Below are positions 20,608 to 32,074 of a DNA stretch of 64,000 nucleotides, in pieces (the first letter of the stretch is position 1; every line of letters begins with the position of its first letter). Origin of the DNA: a plasmid; sequence record NZ_AP019754.1. One strand, given 5' to 3'. The notes beneath the pieces were generated by a model. That model was given only the letters and a program-made list of their open reading frames with translations. It did not search any database and was not told the DNA's origin. Made by a program: the position numbers and the translations under genes.

Positions 20608-21699
20608 ATGAAAATCGGTGTCTTTATTCCTATCGGTAACAACGGTTGGCTAATTTCAGAAACTGCGCCGCAGTACAAGCCAACCTTCGAACTGAATAAA
20701 ACCATTGTGCAGAAAGCAGAGCACTACCATTTCGACTTCGCGCTCTCGATGATCAAACTGCGCGGCTTCGGCGGTAAAACGGAATTCTGGGAACACAACA
20801 TGGAGTCATTCACGTTGATGGCCGGTCTGGCCGCCGTAACGTCCCGCATTCAGCTCTACGCCACCGCCGCCACCCTGGTCATGCCACCGGCAATCGTTGC
20901 GCGCATGGCTGCCACAATTGACTCCATCTCCAACGGCCGGTTCGGCGTGAACGTGGTAACCGGCTGGCAGAAACCGGAATACGAACAAATGGGCATGTGG
21001 CCTGGCGATGACTATTTTACCCGCCGCTACGATTACCTGACCGAATATGTCAGCGTACTGCGCGATCTGTGGGGAACAGGGCACTGCACGCTTGACGGCG
21101 AATTTTTCAAAATGGATGACTGTCGCGTCAGTCCACGCCCGCAAAGCGAAATGAAAGTCATCTGCGCCGGACAAAGTGACGCTGGCATGGCGTTTTCCGC
21201 CAAACACGCCGATTTTAACTTCTGCTTTGGCAAAGGCGTCAACACGCCAACCGCTTTTGCACCTACCGCAGCCCGCATGAAAACAGCGGCTGACGCTGAA
21301 AACCGTGACGTGTCCTCTTACGTGTTGTTCATGGTGATTGCCGATGAAACCGACGAGGCCGCGCGCGCCAAATGGGAGCTGTACAAAGCCGGTGCTGATG
21401 CGGAGGCCCTGTCATGGCTCACCGACCAGAGCAGTAAAGATACCCGCTCCGGCAGCGATACCAATGTTCGCCAGATGGCCGATCCCACGTCAGCGGTCAA
21501 CATCAACATGGGGACGCTGGTCGGCTCCTGGGCCAGCGTCGCCAGAATGCTTGATGAGATCGATACGGTTCCCGGTGCGGGCGGCGTATTGCTGACCTTT
21601 GACGATTTCGTCGAAGGCATTGAAAACTTTGGTCGTTACATTCAGCCGTTAATGAAAACGCGCCAGCACATCGGCATTCAGCAGAAAGAGGTCGCATGA
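20608..21699 (+). CDS. rutA: Pyrimidine monooxygenase (FMN-dependent, luciferase-like)
   Basis: 363 aa, first gene of the rut operon. Confidence 0.9.
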   Translation: MKIGVFIPIGNNGWLISETAPQYKPTFELNKTIVQKAEHYHFDFALSMIKLRGFGGKTEFWEHNMESFTLMAGLAAVTSRIQLYATAATLVMPPAIVARMAATIDSISNGRFGVNVVTGWQKPEYEQMGMWPGDDYFTRRYDYLTEYVSVLRDLWGTGHCTLDGEFFKMDDCRVSPRPQSEMKVICAGQSDAGMAFSAKHADFNFCFGKGVNTPTAFAPTAARMKTAADAENRDVSSYVLFMVIADETDEAARAKWELYKAGADAEALSWLTDQSSKDTRSGSDTNVRQMADPTSAVNINMGTLVGSWASVARMLDEIDTVPGAGGVLLTFDDFVEGIENFGRYIQPLMKTRQHIGIQQKEVA

Positions 21700-22448
21700 T
21701 GAACATTGTTGAAAATCAAACCGTGGTTCGCCGCGCGCCCGATAATGCTGGCGAGGAAAGGGTGCTGGCCGCGCGTCCTGAAGCCATTGGTTTCACCCCG
21801 CAGCAGACGGCGCTTATTGTGGTGGATATGCAAAACGCTTACGCCTCGCAGGGCGGTTATCTTGATCTTGCAGGCTTTGACGTGTCTGCCACCGCGCCGG
21901 TCATTGCCAATATCAAAGTGGCGATTGCCGCTGCTCGCGCGGCAGGCATTAAGGTGATTTTTTTCCAGAACGGCTGGGACAATCAGTATGTCGAAGCCGG
22001 GGGGACGGGCTCGCCCAACTTCCATAAATCCAATGCGCTGAAAACAATGCGCAAACGTCCCGAGCTGATGGGCAAACTGCTGGCGAAAGGGGACTGGGAT
22101 TACGATCTGGTCGATGAACTGCAACCCCAGCCGGGCGATATTGTGCTGCCAAAACCACGCTACAGCGGCTTCTTTAATACCCAGTTGGATAGCCTGCTGC
22201 GCAGCTACGGCATTCATCATCTGGTTTTCACCGGCATCGCCACCAACGTGTGCGTCGAATCCACCCTGCGTGACGGCTTCTTTTTGGAATATTTTGGCGT
22301 CGTACTGGAAGACGCGACACACCAGGCGGGCCCCGAGTTTGCGCAAAAAGCCGCGATTTATAACATCGAAACGTTTTTTGGTTGGGTCTCCAGCGTAAGC
22401 CACTTCTGCGACGCGGTGGGTTACAAAACTGAACAAAACGCGGCCTGA
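21696..22448 (+). CDS. rutB: Ureidoacrylate / peroxyureidoacrylate amidohydrolase (isochorismatase family)
   Basis: 250 aa, overlaps the rutA stop, isochorismatase-fold motifs present. Confidence 0.9.
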   Translation: MMNIVENQTVVRRAPDNAGEERVLAARPEAIGFTPQQTALIVVDMQNAYASQGGYLDLAGFDVSATAPVIANIKVAIAAARAAGIKVIFFQNGWDNQYVEAGGTGSPNFHKSNALKTMRKRPELMGKLLAKGDWDYDLVDELQPQPGDIVLPKPRYSGFFNTQLDSLLRSYGIHHLVFTGIATNVCVESTLRDGFFLEYFGVVLEDATHQAGPEFAQKAAIYNIETFFGWVSSVSHFCDAVGYKTEQNAA

Positions 22449-22473
22449 CCGCTTGTGAAAAGGACAATGAACG

Positions 22474-22860
22474 ATGCCTAAACGCGCCATTATTCCAGCC
22501 GGCAGCGGTGTTCCGCTGGCGCCATTTGTTCCCGGTACGCTTGCCGATGGGGTCCTGTACGTTTCCGGTACTTTGCCTTTTGATAAAGACAACAACGTCG
22601 TACATGTGGGCGATGCGGCAGCACAAACCCGCCATGTACTGGAGATCATCAAAAGCGTGATCGAAACCGCAGGCGGCAGCATGGATGACGTCACCATGAA
22701 CTCGATTTTTATCACCGACTGGGCGAATTACGGGGCAGTGAATCAGGTCTATGCGGAGTATTTCCCGGGTGAAAAACCGGCAAGGTTCTGCATTCAGTGT
22801 GGGCTGGTGAAACCGGATGCGTTGATCGAAATCGCATCGATTGCCCACCTTGGCAAATAA
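22474..22860 (+). CDS. rutC: RidA-family aminoacrylate peracid reductase
   Basis: 128 aa with a YjgF/RidA fold, in rut operon position. Confidence 0.85.
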   Translation: MPKRAIIPAGSGVPLAPFVPGTLADGVLYVSGTLPFDKDNNVVHVGDAAAQTRHVLEIIKSVIETAGGSMDDVTMNSIFITDWANYGAVNQVYAEYFPGEKPARFCIQCGLVKPDALIEIASIAHLGK

Positions 22861-22895
22861 TCTGTTCGGTGATGTATTTCATCTGAGGAAACAGT

Positions 22896-23723
22896 ATGTA
22901 TTACAAGGTATTGGGTCAGCAAAACGCTGATGCAGAAACCGTCGTGCTCTCCTCGGGTCTCGGCGGCTCCGGGGGATTCTGGCAGCCTCAGCTGGCGATG
23001 CTCTCGGCGCATTTTCGGGTGGTGGTCTATGACCAGTACGGCACCGGCGCCAGTCAGGGTAGCGTACCCGCCGGTTACCGGATGGAGGATATGGCCGATG
23101 AGCTGGCAGGCTTACTTAACGCGCTGAATATCAGCCGCTGTCATCTGGTCGGTCACGCACTGGGCGGCATTATGGGTCTGCATCTTGCCCTGCGTTATCC
23201 CGCGCTGCTGCAAAGTCTGGTGGTAATTAATGGCTGGACAGTCCTTAACAGCCAGACGCGCCGCTGCTTCGACGTCCGTCGGAACCTGCTGCTTAACAGC
23301 GGCGTAGATGCCTACGTGCAGGCGCAGCCGCTGTTTCTGTACCCGGGTGACTGGCTTTCTGAACATGAAGCTTTCCTGCAGGAAGAGCGCCAGCATCAGG
23401 TGGCGAACTTTCAGGGGATGGAAAACCTGCTGCATCGCCTGCAGGCGCTGATGGACTCCGATCTGACCACCTCGCTCAAAGGCGTCATCGCGCCGACCCT
23501 GGCGTTGAGCGCTAAAGATGATTTGCTGGTGCCCTGGTCCTGTTCAGCCGATCTCGCCTCGCGCCTTCCCCATGGCGAGCACCTGCAAATGGGCTACGGC
23601 GGACATGCCATGAGCGTAACGGACCCCGATACGTTTAACCCGATTTTACTGGACTGGCTGCAGCGGCAGGCTTCGCATCCATCCGGAACACCGTCTGATT
23701 TCATACCTGTGGAGATGCCATGA
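22896..23723 (+). CDS. rutD: Alpha/beta-hydrolase aminoacrylate hydrolase
   Basis: 275 aa with a HALGG nucleophile-elbow variant. Confidence 0.85.
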   Translation: MYYKVLGQQNADAETVVLSSGLGGSGGFWQPQLAMLSAHFRVVVYDQYGTGASQGSVPAGYRMEDMADELAGLLNALNISRCHLVGHALGGIMGLHLALRYPALLQSLVVINGWTVLNSQTRRCFDVRRNLLLNSGVDAYVQAQPLFLYPGDWLSEHEAFLQEERQHQVANFQGMENLLHRLQALMDSDLTTSLKGVIAPTLALSAKDDLLVPWSCSADLASRLPHGEHLQMGYGGHAMSVTDPDTFNPILLDWLQRQASHPSGTPSDFIPVEMP

Positions 23724-24310
23724 CCGAAGCATTAACCGCCAGCGCGCTGGCCACGTTGTTCACCGAAGCCCGCACCCATAACGGCTGGCTGAATAAACCG
23801 GTAACAGGCGAACAACTGAAAACGATTTACGAACTGGCGCGCATGGGGCCGACCTCGGCGAACTGCAGCCCGGTGCGCATCGTATTTATTCAGAGCCAGG
23901 AAGCGAAACAACAACTGGCGCCGGCACTTTCCAGTGGCAATCTGAAGAAAACGATGACCGCTCCGGTGACGGCGATTATTGCCTGGGATCCGGAATTCTA
24001 TGAGCTGCTGCCTGAACTGTTTCCGTCCGGCGATGCCCGTTCATGGTTCACCTCCAGCCCACAGCTGGCACAGGATACCGCGTTCCGCAACAGCAGTTTA
24101 CAGGCTGCGTATCTGATTATGGCCTGTCGCGCGATCGGCCTGGATACCGGACCGATGTCCGGTTTCGACAATGCCAAAGTTGATGAAACCTTTCTGGCGC
24201 AGGAAGGCTGGAAATCGAATTTTCTGATTAACATTGGTTACGGCGACAGCAGCAAAGTCTATCCGCGCGCACCGCGCCTGGACTTTGACCGCGCCTGTCG
24301 CGTGCTGTAA
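23720..24310 (+). CDS. rutE: Nitroreductase-like malonic semialdehyde reductase
   Basis: 196 aa, overlaps the rutD stop. Confidence 0.85.
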   Translation: MTEALTASALATLFTEARTHNGWLNKPVTGEQLKTIYELARMGPTSANCSPVRIVFIQSQEAKQQLAPALSSGNLKKTMTAPVTAIIAWDPEFYELLPELFPSGDARSWFTSSPQLAQDTAFRNSSLQAAYLIMACRAIGLDTGPMSGFDNAKVDETFLAQEGWKSNFLINIGYGDSSKVYPRAPRLDFDRACRVL

Positions 24311-24322
24311 GCATCACCGATC

Positions 24323-24895
24323 ATGACTGAGGACACGAGCATGCAATCAACCCTGAACGCCACACTGCCCGCGACCGACATGCCCCTTGCTGAAAAAGAG
24401 GCTGCCGTTGAGAAACAGGAATACCGCAATGCCATGGCGCGCCTCGGCTCTGCCGTCAACATCATCACCACTGACGGCCCCGGCGGTCGGGCAGGTTTCA
24501 CCGCCTCTGCTGTGTGCAGCGTCACCGATACGCCACCGACACTGCTGGTGTGCCTGAACCGTTCTGCGTCGGTACATCCGGCGTTTATACAAAATCAGGT
24601 GCTGTGCGTAAACACGCTGGCCGACAGCCACGAATCACTTTCTAATTTATTCGGCGGAAAAACGCCGATGGAACAACGCTTCGACGCCGCCGAATGGACA
24701 GATCTCGCCACCGGCTCCCCGATCCTCACTAACGCGCTGGTGTCATTTGACTGCAAGGTCACGCAGATCACCCGGGTCGGTACCCACGATATTATGTTTT
24801 GTGAAGTTGTTGCACTCCGTTGCAACGATGACTGCCACGGACTGGCGTATTTCGACCGACGCTATCATCCGCTGATGCGTCAGATAGCCTGTTAA
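24323..24895 (+). CDS. rutF: Flavin reductase (the true start may be an internal Met)
   Basis: [37 protein letters not shown] matches E. coli RutF. There is a ~20-aa N-terminal extension relative to E. coli. Confidence 0.85.
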   Translation: MTEDTSMQSTLNATLPATDMPLAEKEAAVEKQEYRNAMARLGSAVNIITTDGPGGRAGFTASAVCSVTDTPPTLLVCLNRSASVHPAFIQNQVLCVNTLADSHESLSNLFGGKTPMEQRFDAAEWTDLATGSPILTNALVSFDCKVTQITRVGTHDIMFCEVVALRCNDDCHGLAYFDRRYHPLMRQIAC

Positions 24896-24928
24896 CTCAA
24901 TCCGCATTCAACTTAGTAAGGATCGTAC

Positions 24929-26275
24929 ATGGCACATTCCTGGTTTCCGCAATGGCGTAAAAGAGAAGGTAATCTGGATGGCGCGGTGATCGCGCCGGAT
25001 GAACGGCTACCGTTTGGCGCGACGGTGATCATGGGACTGCAACACACGGTGGCGATGTTTGGTGCCACGGTACTCATGCCATTGCTGATGGGGTTTGACG
25101 CCAATATGGCGATCCTGATGTCGGGCATCGGCACGCTGCTGTTCTTCCTGGTCGTAGGCGGGCGCGTGCCGAGTTATCTCGGTTCCAGTGCTGCATTTGT
25201 CGGGTTAGTGATTGCCGTGACCGGCTACAGCGGCCACGGCACGAACCCGAATATCGGCGTCGCGCTGGGCGGGATTATCGCCTGTGGCCTGATTTACATG
25301 CTGATCGGTTTTGTCGTCATGGCGGTCGGCACGCGCTGGATTGAGCGCCTGATGCCGCCGGTGGTGACCGGCGCGGTAGTGATGGCGATTGGACTCAATC
25401 TGGCGCCGATTGCCATAAACAGCGTATCCGCTTCATCGTTTGACAGCTGGATGGCGGTGATGACGGTGCTGTGTATCGGATCGGTGGCGGTGTTTACACG
25501 CGGTCTGGTACAGCGACTGTTACTGTTGCTGGGTCTGGTGGCGGCGTACCTGATTTATATGGCGATCACCAACGGCCTCGGGCTGGGCACGCCGGTGAAT
25601 TTCAGCGCCGTGGCGCAGGCGCCCTGGTTCGGCGTGCCCACCGTCACTACGCCGGTATTCAGCACGCACGCTATGCTGATGATTGCGCCGGTGGCGGTGA
25701 TCCTGGTTGCGGAAAACCTTGGCCATATTAAAGCCGTGGCGGGGATGACCGGTAAAAATCTCGATCCCTACATGGGCCGCGCCTTTATCGGGGATGGCCT
25801 GGCGACCTTGCTTTCGGCTTCGGCGGGCGGCACCGGCGTGACAACCTATGCCGAAAATATCGGCGTCATGGCCGTCACTAAAATTTACTCCACGCTGATT
25901 TTTGTCGCCGCCGCAATCATGGCCATTGTGTTGGGTTTTTCGCCTAAATTTGGTGCCTTGATCCACACCATTCCTGGCCCGGTGCTCGGTGGAGCATCCA
26001 TCGTGGTATTTGGCTTGATTGCCGTAGCTGGCGCCCGCATTTGGGTACAAAACCACGTTGATTTGGGCCTGAATGGCAATCTCATCATGGTGGCAGTTAC
26101 GCTGGTACTGGGCGCGGGCAACTTCACCCTGAGCCTGGGCGGCTTCAGCATGGGCGGCATCGGCACCGCGACCTTTGGGGCGATTTTACTCAATGCTTTC
26201 CTGAGCCGCAGCAAAATGGCAAAGACGCCGGCTGAGATTGAGGCAGCCACAGAAGCGGCGCTGAGAGAGCCGTAA
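24929..26275 (+). CDS. rutG: NCS2-family pyrimidine permease
   Basis: 448 aa, polytopic membrane protein, last gene of the operon. Confidence 0.85.
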   Translation: MAHSWFPQWRKREGNLDGAVIAPDERLPFGATVIMGLQHTVAMFGATVLMPLLMGFDANMAILMSGIGTLLFFLVVGGRVPSYLGSSAAFVGLVIAVTGYSGHGTNPNIGVALGGIIACGLIYMLIGFVVMAVGTRWIERLMPPVVTGAVVMAIGLNLAPIAINSVSASSFDSWMAVMTVLCIGSVAVFTRGLVQRLLLLLGLVAAYLIYMAITNGLGLGTPVNFSAVAQAPWFGVPTVTTPVFSTHAMLMIAPVAVILVAENLGHIKAVAGMTGKNLDPYMGRAFIGDGLATLLSASAGGTGVTTYAENIGVMAVTKIYSTLIFVAAAIMAIVLGFSPKFGALIHTIPGPVLGGASIVVFGLIAVAGARIWVQNHVDLGLNGNLIMVAVTLVLGAGNFTLSLGGFSMGGIGTATFGAILLNAFLSRSKMAKTPAEIEAATEAALREP

Positions 26276-26315
26276 CCTTTTATTGCTTCGTCTGTCGTCA
26301 GTGGGTGTTAAGGGT

Positions 26316-26353
26316 GCCTGGTGATCGTTTCACAACACTAACCAGGCATTTTT
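26316..26353 (+). terminator. Terminator-like hairpin followed by a T-run downstream of rutG
   Basis: gcctggt…accaggc stem followed by ttttt. Confidence 0.35.
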
Positions 26354-26551
26354 CACCGCCTTTTTGCGCCTGACATATTATCTTTTCCTATGCATTCCCC
26401 CGCAAACTGGGCTGATTTTCGCCCTGATCCCTGAATTAACGTGGGTGCCATAACCTTTTCATCTGACTATAGCCTGCGGTTATATCCTCCAACTAAACAA
26501 GCATTCGTCACCTTTTGAAGCGCATGAAATAGTGGGTTCAGAAACTTACCT

Positions 26552-27580
26552 TTGTCTGAAACGAGAAATATCATGCTAATTCCACAACCCTATTTACTTT
26601 TTCTTGGCGATGTCACCGATCCACTCGCGGCGAAAACGGCGCGAGGTATTCATATCTGGCGGCCGGAGCAGTGCGTGGGCGAAATTAAACTCCCGGGCTG
26701 TACTGTCAGCCTGGGTCTGGATGAACTTGACATCATCAGCGCCAAAGCACGCGGCGCGAAAACGCTGGTGCTCGGTACTGCTAACGCAGGGGGCTATCTG
26801 CCAGAACACTGGCTGGATACGGTGAAAAGTGCCATCAAAGCAGGCATGAACGTTGCCAGCGGACTGCATCACCGTCTGGTGGACGAGCCCGAACTGGTGA
26901 CGCTTGCCCAGACGTTTGGTGTTGAGCTTTTTGACTTACGTCATATGCGTCCGACGCTGAGCGTTGGCAGTGGTAAGAAGCGGACAGGCAAACGGATACT
27001 GACTGTTGGCACTGACTGCTCCGTGGGCAAGATGTACACCTCACTGGCGCTGGAAGCGGCGATGCGTGAGCGCGGAATGAAAGCGGATTTTCGCGCTACA
27101 GGTCAGACAGGGATTCTGGTGGCGGGTGAAGGGATTGCCGTGGATGCGGTCATCGCGGATTTTATTGCAGGTGCGGCCGAAGCGCTATCACCCGCGAATG
27201 ATGAGGATCACTGGGACATCGTTGAAGGGCAGGGGTCACTGTTCCACCCCTCTTACGCAGGCGTCAGTATGGGGCTCATGCACGGTGCGCAACCTCACTG
27301 GTTGGTGATGTGCCATGAAATGGGGCGCCCCCATATGCGCCATTTACCTCATCAGCCAATGGTCAGCCTGAAAGACTGCGTTGAAGCCAATCTGCGCGCT
27401 GCCCAGGTGACCAGCGCGTCCGTCCAGCTGGCGGGGTTTGCCATTAACACCTCAAATTACACGGAAGACGAAGCGCGCGCCTATTGCGCCGAAGTCAGCG
27501 CAGAGTTTGGTTTACCGGCTACGGATCCTGTGCGTTTTGGCATCGACGAGATCGCCGCACTGCTTCAGGCGCGGGGGTGA
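26552..27580 (+). CDS. DUF1611-family protein (DgcN-like putative D-glutamate N-acetyltransferase)
   Basis: 342 aa. It has the DUF1611 architecture, with an N-terminal Rossmann-like region (LLFLGD…AKTARG) and a C-terminal P-loop-like segment (ILTVGTDCSVGKMYTSLALE). Confidence 0.6.
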   Translation: MSETRNIMLIPQPYLLFLGDVTDPLAAKTARGIHIWRPEQCVGEIKLPGCTVSLGLDELDIISAKARGAKTLVLGTANAGGYLPEHWLDTVKSAIKAGMNVASGLHHRLVDEPELVTLAQTFGVELFDLRHMRPTLSVGSGKKRTGKRILTVGTDCSVGKMYTSLALEAAMRERGMKADFRATGQTGILVAGEGIAVDAVIADFIAGAAEALSPANDEDHWDIVEGQGSLFHPSYAGVSMGLMHGAQPHWLVMCHEMGRPHMRHLPHQPMVSLKDCVEANLRAAQVTSASVQLAGFAINTSNYTEDEARAYCAEVSAEFGLPATDPVRFGIDEIAALLQARG

Positions 27581-27581
27581 A

Positions 27582-28547
27582 ATGAGACAGTTGCAGATTG
27601 ACGTGGTGGAATTGCCGCTGGCCCGGCCCTTTGCTATTTCGCGCGGTACGCGTACCGCCGTCACGGTTATCCGGGTCACGCTGGAGCAAAACGGTTTCAT
27701 TGGGCGAGGCGAATGTACGCCCACGGCGCGCTACGATGAAACGCCAGACAGCGTTCAGGCCGAGCTTGAGGCAGTGCGCGCTGACGTTGAAGCCGGCCTG
27801 AGCCGTCATGATCTGCAACACCGCTTACCCGCCGGTTCCGCGCGCAACGTGCTGGACTGTGCGCTGTGGCGACTGGATGCCGCCCGCGCCAGTCAAACGC
27901 TATGGCAGAAAAGTGCACGTCCTCAGCCACGCTCGGTGATCACGGCGGAAACCCTCAGCCTCGATACGCTGGAAAATATGGCGCTGGCGGCGGCGGATGC
28001 CGTATCGCGTGGCGCCATCCTGCTCAAAATTAAGCTCAATCGTGATGCAGTTCTGGAAAAGGTGGCGGCCATTCGCGCTGCGGCACCGCGCGCCACGCTG
28101 ATTATCGACGCTAATGAGGCCTGGTCGGGAATGGACCTGGAAAGCCTGCTGGCCGCACTTCAGGGCTATAACATTGCTATGGTCGAGCAACCGCTTCCCG
28201 CCGGTCAGGATCAGGACCTGCAACGTTTTCATCATCCGGTTCCCGTTTGTGCTGATGAGAGTTGCCATACGCGCGAGGATATTGCCGGACTGCGGAACCG
28301 CTACGAGATGATCAACATCAAGCTGGATAAGTGCGGTGGCCTGACGGAAGCGCTGGCGATGGTAGAAGAAGCACAAAAGCAGAATATGCGCATCATGGTC
28401 GGCTGCATGCTGGGCTCATCACTGGCGATGGAAGCCGCATTGCCGGTGGCGGTTAACGCAGAGCACGTCGATTTAGATGGCCCTATCTGGCTTGCTGCCG
28501 ACAGTTCTCCTTTTTTGACCTACTCCGAAGGCCGTATCTGGCTATAA
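27582..28547 (+). CDS. Enolase-superfamily dipeptide/N-acyl amino acid epimerase (YcjG/AEE- or DgcA-like)
   Basis: 322 aa from the ATG at 27582, 2 nt after the upstream stop. It carries the mandelate racemase/muconate lactonizing enzyme layout, with a capping domain and then the K-x-K (ILLKIKLN) and metal-ligand (IIDANEAW…MVEQP…LDKCGG) motifs. Confidence 0.7.
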   Translation: MRQLQIDVVELPLARPFAISRGTRTAVTVIRVTLEQNGFIGRGECTPTARYDETPDSVQAELEAVRADVEAGLSRHDLQHRLPAGSARNVLDCALWRLDAARASQTLWQKSARPQPRSVITAETLSLDTLENMALAAADAVSRGAILLKIKLNRDAVLEKVAAIRAAAPRATLIIDANEAWSGMDLESLLAALQGYNIAMVEQPLPAGQDQDLQRFHHPVPVCADESCHTREDIAGLRNRYEMINIKLDKCGGLTEALAMVEEAQKQNMRIMVGCMLGSSLAMEAALPVAVNAEHVDLDGPIWLAADSSPFLTYSEGRIWL

Positions 28548-28562
28548 CTCTACGAGGCGACG

Positions 28563-30428
28563 ATGACGGACACACGACTCACTTCTTCTGCCAACAGTGC
28601 CGCCGGTTCATCACCCGTGCTTGATATTCGGGATCTCAGCGTCTCATTTCGTGGGCGCAGCGGCGAGAATCAGGCACTAAAAGGCATCAGTTTTGCCATT
28701 AATCCGGGCGAAATTGTCGCCGTAGTGGGTGAGAGTGGCTCAGGGAAATCAGTCACTTCTTTGGCCGTAATGGGCTTACTGGCGAACAGCGGCCGTATCG
28801 ATCGCGGCAGCATGCAGTTTCGCGATCGTGGCGGAAAAGTACATGCGCTGGAAACACTGGATGAAAATCAGCGCCGCACGTTACGTGGTTGCGAAATGGC
28901 GATGATCTTTCAGGAGCCCATGACCTCGCTGAATCCGGTGCTGCGCGTCGATGACCAGCTCACTGAAGCGTTACGCGATCATCAACAGTGCGACAAGAAA
29001 GAAGCGCATGCGCGCGTGCGTGAATTGCTTCGACAGGTGCGTATTGCCGATGTGGATCGTGTCATGAAAAGCTATCCGCACGCACTCTCAGGCGGTATGC
29101 GCCAGCGGGTGATGATTGCGCAGGCGCTGGCCTGTGATCCGCAACTTCTGATTGCTGACGAACCTACAACGGCGCTGGATGTTACCGTGCAGGCGCGCAT
29201 TCTGCACATTCTGCGTGAGCTGCAACGCGAGAAACAAATGGCGGTGCTGTTTATCACTCACGATATGGGCGTCGTGGCTGAAATCGCCGATCGTGTCGTG
29301 GTCATGCTGCGTGGCGAAGTCGTCGAACAGGGCAGCGTCGCAGCGGTTTTTGCCGCCCCGCAGCACCCGTATACCCAGGCTTTGCTGGCGGCGGTGCCGA
29401 GACTGGGCGACATGCGCGAATATGCGTGGCCGCAACGCTTTCCGCTGCTCGGCACACAGAATACCGTCGAAAATGAACAGCATACCGCGCGCTACGACAC
29501 CGCGCCGTTGCTCGATGTGCGTGGGTTGAAAGTCTACTATCCCATCCGCAGCGGCATCTTTTCGACGCTCACGCATCATGTCCATGCGGTTGAGCAGATT
29601 GATTTCAGTCTGTGGCCAGGTGAAACCCTGGCGATCGTGGGCGAAAGCGGCTGCGGCAAATCGACGACCGGCCGTGCGCTGATGCGCCTGATCAACAGTG
29701 ACGCCGAAAGCATTCACTTCGAAGGGAAAGAAATCTCTCACCTGAAAGAGGCAGCATTCCAGCCGCTCCGCCGTGAAATTCAGATGGTGTTTCAGGATCC
29801 CTACGCCTCACTGAACCCTCGGCTTACCGTGGGTTTCACCATTGCCGAGCCCTTGCTGTTACATGGCATGGTGTCCTCACTGGAACAGGCTTCGCCACAG
29901 ATAGATGCGTTGCTGAAGAGCGTTGGTCTGCTGCCCGAGCACGCGCGTCGGTATCCACATGAATTTTCAGGTGGTCAGCGCCAGCGTATTGCCATTGCCC
30001 GCGCCATGGCCCTGAAGCCCAAAGTGATTATTGCTGATGAAGCGGTATCGGCCCTTGACGTCTCCATTCAGGCGCAGGTGGTGAACCTGATGATGGATCT
30101 GCAGCAGCAAACGGGCGTGGCGTGGATTTTCATCTCTCACGATATGGCGGTCGTCGAGCGCATTGCCAACCGTGTGGCGGTGATGTACCTCGGCCAGATT
30201 GTGGAGCTTGGGCCGCGTCAGTCGGTATTTAATCAGCCGCAACATCCTTATACCCAACGCCTGCTGGCCTCCGTGCCGGTGGCGGATCCCGAGAACCGTC
30301 AGCCCCGTATTATCGATGACAGCGAAATCCCTTCGCCGTTAAGAAAAGTGGGCGAAACGGTCACTAAACCCCGTTATCGACAGGTTGCGCCTCAGCACTG
30401 GGTCGCTGACGGCATTGCATTGCGATAA
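28563..30428 (+). CDS. Peptide ABC transporter ATP-binding protein with two fused nucleotide-binding domains (DppD/DppF-like)
   Basis: 621 aa with duplicated Walker A (GESGSGKS / GESGCGKS), two LSGG signatures and Walker B. Confidence 0.85.
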   Translation: MTDTRLTSSANSAAGSSPVLDIRDLSVSFRGRSGENQALKGISFAINPGEIVAVVGESGSGKSVTSLAVMGLLANSGRIDRGSMQFRDRGGKVHALETLDENQRRTLRGCEMAMIFQEPMTSLNPVLRVDDQLTEALRDHQQCDKKEAHARVRELLRQVRIADVDRVMKSYPHALSGGMRQRVMIAQALACDPQLLIADEPTTALDVTVQARILHILRELQREKQMAVLFITHDMGVVAEIADRVVVMLRGEVVEQGSVAAVFAAPQHPYTQALLAAVPRLGDMREYAWPQRFPLLGTQNTVENEQHTARYDTAPLLDVRGLKVYYPIRSGIFSTLTHHVHAVEQIDFSLWPGETLAIVGESGCGKSTTGRALMRLINSDAESIHFEGKEISHLKEAAFQPLRREIQMVFQDPYASLNPRLTVGFTIAEPLLLHGMVSSLEQASPQIDALLKSVGLLPEHARRYPHEFSGGQRQRIAIARAMALKPKVIIADEAVSALDVSIQAQVVNLMMDLQQQTGVAWIFISHDMAVVERIANRVAVMYLGQIVELGPRQSVFNQPQHPYTQRLLASVPVADPENRQPRIIDDSEIPSPLRKVGETVTKPRYRQVAPQHWVADGIALR

Positions 30429-30449
30429 TTCAACGACCAGGAGATTTTT

Positions 30450-31991
30450 ATGAAAACGCTGTTTCGCCGTACTTCACTCGCCCTCGCATTGACGACGACG
30501 CTGGTCATGACTGCACAGGCACAGGATCTGCGTATTTCAATGTATGCCGATATTACGGGGCTGGATCCGCACGATACCTCAGACAATGTCAGCTATTCGG
30601 TGCAGAGTGGTATCTTTGAACGACTGTTTCAGTTCGATCCACACATGAAGCTCCAGCCCTGGCTGGCCACCGGTTATACCTCAAATGAAAATGCAACGGA
30701 GTTTACGCTGACGTTGCGCAAAGGCGTCACCTTCCAGGATGGCACACCTTTTGATGCGGAAGCCGTCAAAGCCAACCTTGATCGCCTGGCAGACCAGAAA
30801 AAAGGGCTAAAGCGTAACAGCCTGTACAAAATGATCGATAAGGTTACGGTGCTGGCACCCGATCAGGTAAAAATCGATCTTAACCAGTCGTTTGGTGCCT
30901 TTATTAACACGCTGGCACATCCTTCCGCAGTGATGTGGAGCCCGTCCATTCTCAAGCAATATCCAGACGAAGCCCAACTCCGGTTGCATCCTGTGGGTAC
31001 CGGTCCGTTTAAATTTGTTGACTGGACACCGGGCAAAGCGGTCACGCTGGCGAAGTATGACGGTTACTGGCAGCAGGGATGGCCAAAAGTCGATCATGTT
31101 ATCTTCTCACCCAGCCCGGAAGATGCAACACGCGTAGCCGCGTTGAAGTCGGGTCAGGTTGACGCAATCTGGCCATTGCCTTCGGATCTGATTGCTGCCG
31201 TGAAGCAAGACAGCAACCTCTCTGTTCAGCGCGATCCCAGCATTTATCTTTATTACATGGCGATTAATACGCAGCACAAGCCACTGGCAGATGTTCGCGT
31301 GCGTCAGGCAATCAACTATGCGATTGACCGTAATCTGTGGCTGAAGGTGGCCTTTGCTGGTTTAGGTAAACCTGCCACATCCGCCATGCCCGAAGGTGTC
31401 CAGTTTTATCAGAAACAAAACGATCCTGATTATCACTATGCGCCGGATAAAGCCAAAGCGCTGCTGAAAGCGGCGGGCTATCCGAATGGTCTGGATCTCA
31501 AACTCTGGGTTACGAATGCAACGGCCAGCGTGCGCGCCGCTCAGGTACTGAAAGCGCAGCTGGGCACGGTGGGCATTCGTGCCACGGTAACTCCGATGGA
31601 TTCCGGCACGCGCAACGCTAAGTTATGGGGCGTACAGGACCCGAAAAAGGCGGAATTTGACCTGTACTATGGTGGCTGGTCGACGTCCACAGGCGATGCC
31701 GACTGGGCGCTGCGTCCGCTGTTTGCCACTGAATCCTGGGTACCCACCTCCTACAATGTCTCCTATTTCAGCAATCCTGATGTAGACAAAGCCATTGCCG
31801 CCGGGCTGGCAACGGCCGATCCGGCAAAGCGTGGTATCGCCTATGCGCAAGCGCAGAAACTGATATGGCAGGATGCACCGGTGGCATTCCTTGGTACGCC
31901 AGACAATCTCGTTGGCAAACGCCGCACCCTGAATGGTGTTTCCATGCTGCCTGATGGCAATTTGCTCTTCACTCAGGCGTCGTTTAAATAA
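30450..31991 (+). CDS. Family-5 (DppA/OppA-type) periplasmic peptide-binding protein
   Basis: 513 aa with a signal peptide (MKTLFRRTSLALALTTTLVMTAQA). Confidence 0.85.
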   Translation: MKTLFRRTSLALALTTTLVMTAQAQDLRISMYADITGLDPHDTSDNVSYSVQSGIFERLFQFDPHMKLQPWLATGYTSNENATEFTLTLRKGVTFQDGTPFDAEAVKANLDRLADQKKGLKRNSLYKMIDKVTVLAPDQVKIDLNQSFGAFINTLAHPSAVMWSPSILKQYPDEAQLRLHPVGTGPFKFVDWTPGKAVTLAKYDGYWQQGWPKVDHVIFSPSPEDATRVAALKSGQVDAIWPLPSDLIAAVKQDSNLSVQRDPSIYLYYMAINTQHKPLADVRVRQAINYAIDRNLWLKVAFAGLGKPATSAMPEGVQFYQKQNDPDYHYAPDKAKALLKAAGYPNGLDLKLWVTNATASVRAAQVLKAQLGTVGIRATVTPMDSGTRNAKLWGVQDPKKAEFDLYYGGWSTSTGDADWALRPLFATESWVPTSYNVSYFSNPDVDKAIAAGLATADPAKRGIAYAQAQKLIWQDAPVAFLGTPDNLVGKRRTLNGVSMLPDGNLLFTQASFK

Positions 31992-32074
31992 GACGCGGAT
32001 TGCTCTCACGTCCCTTTCCCTCGCAGGGCAAAAGGACGTGAGGGCACCCGTCACAGTGCATTTCAAGGAATGGC

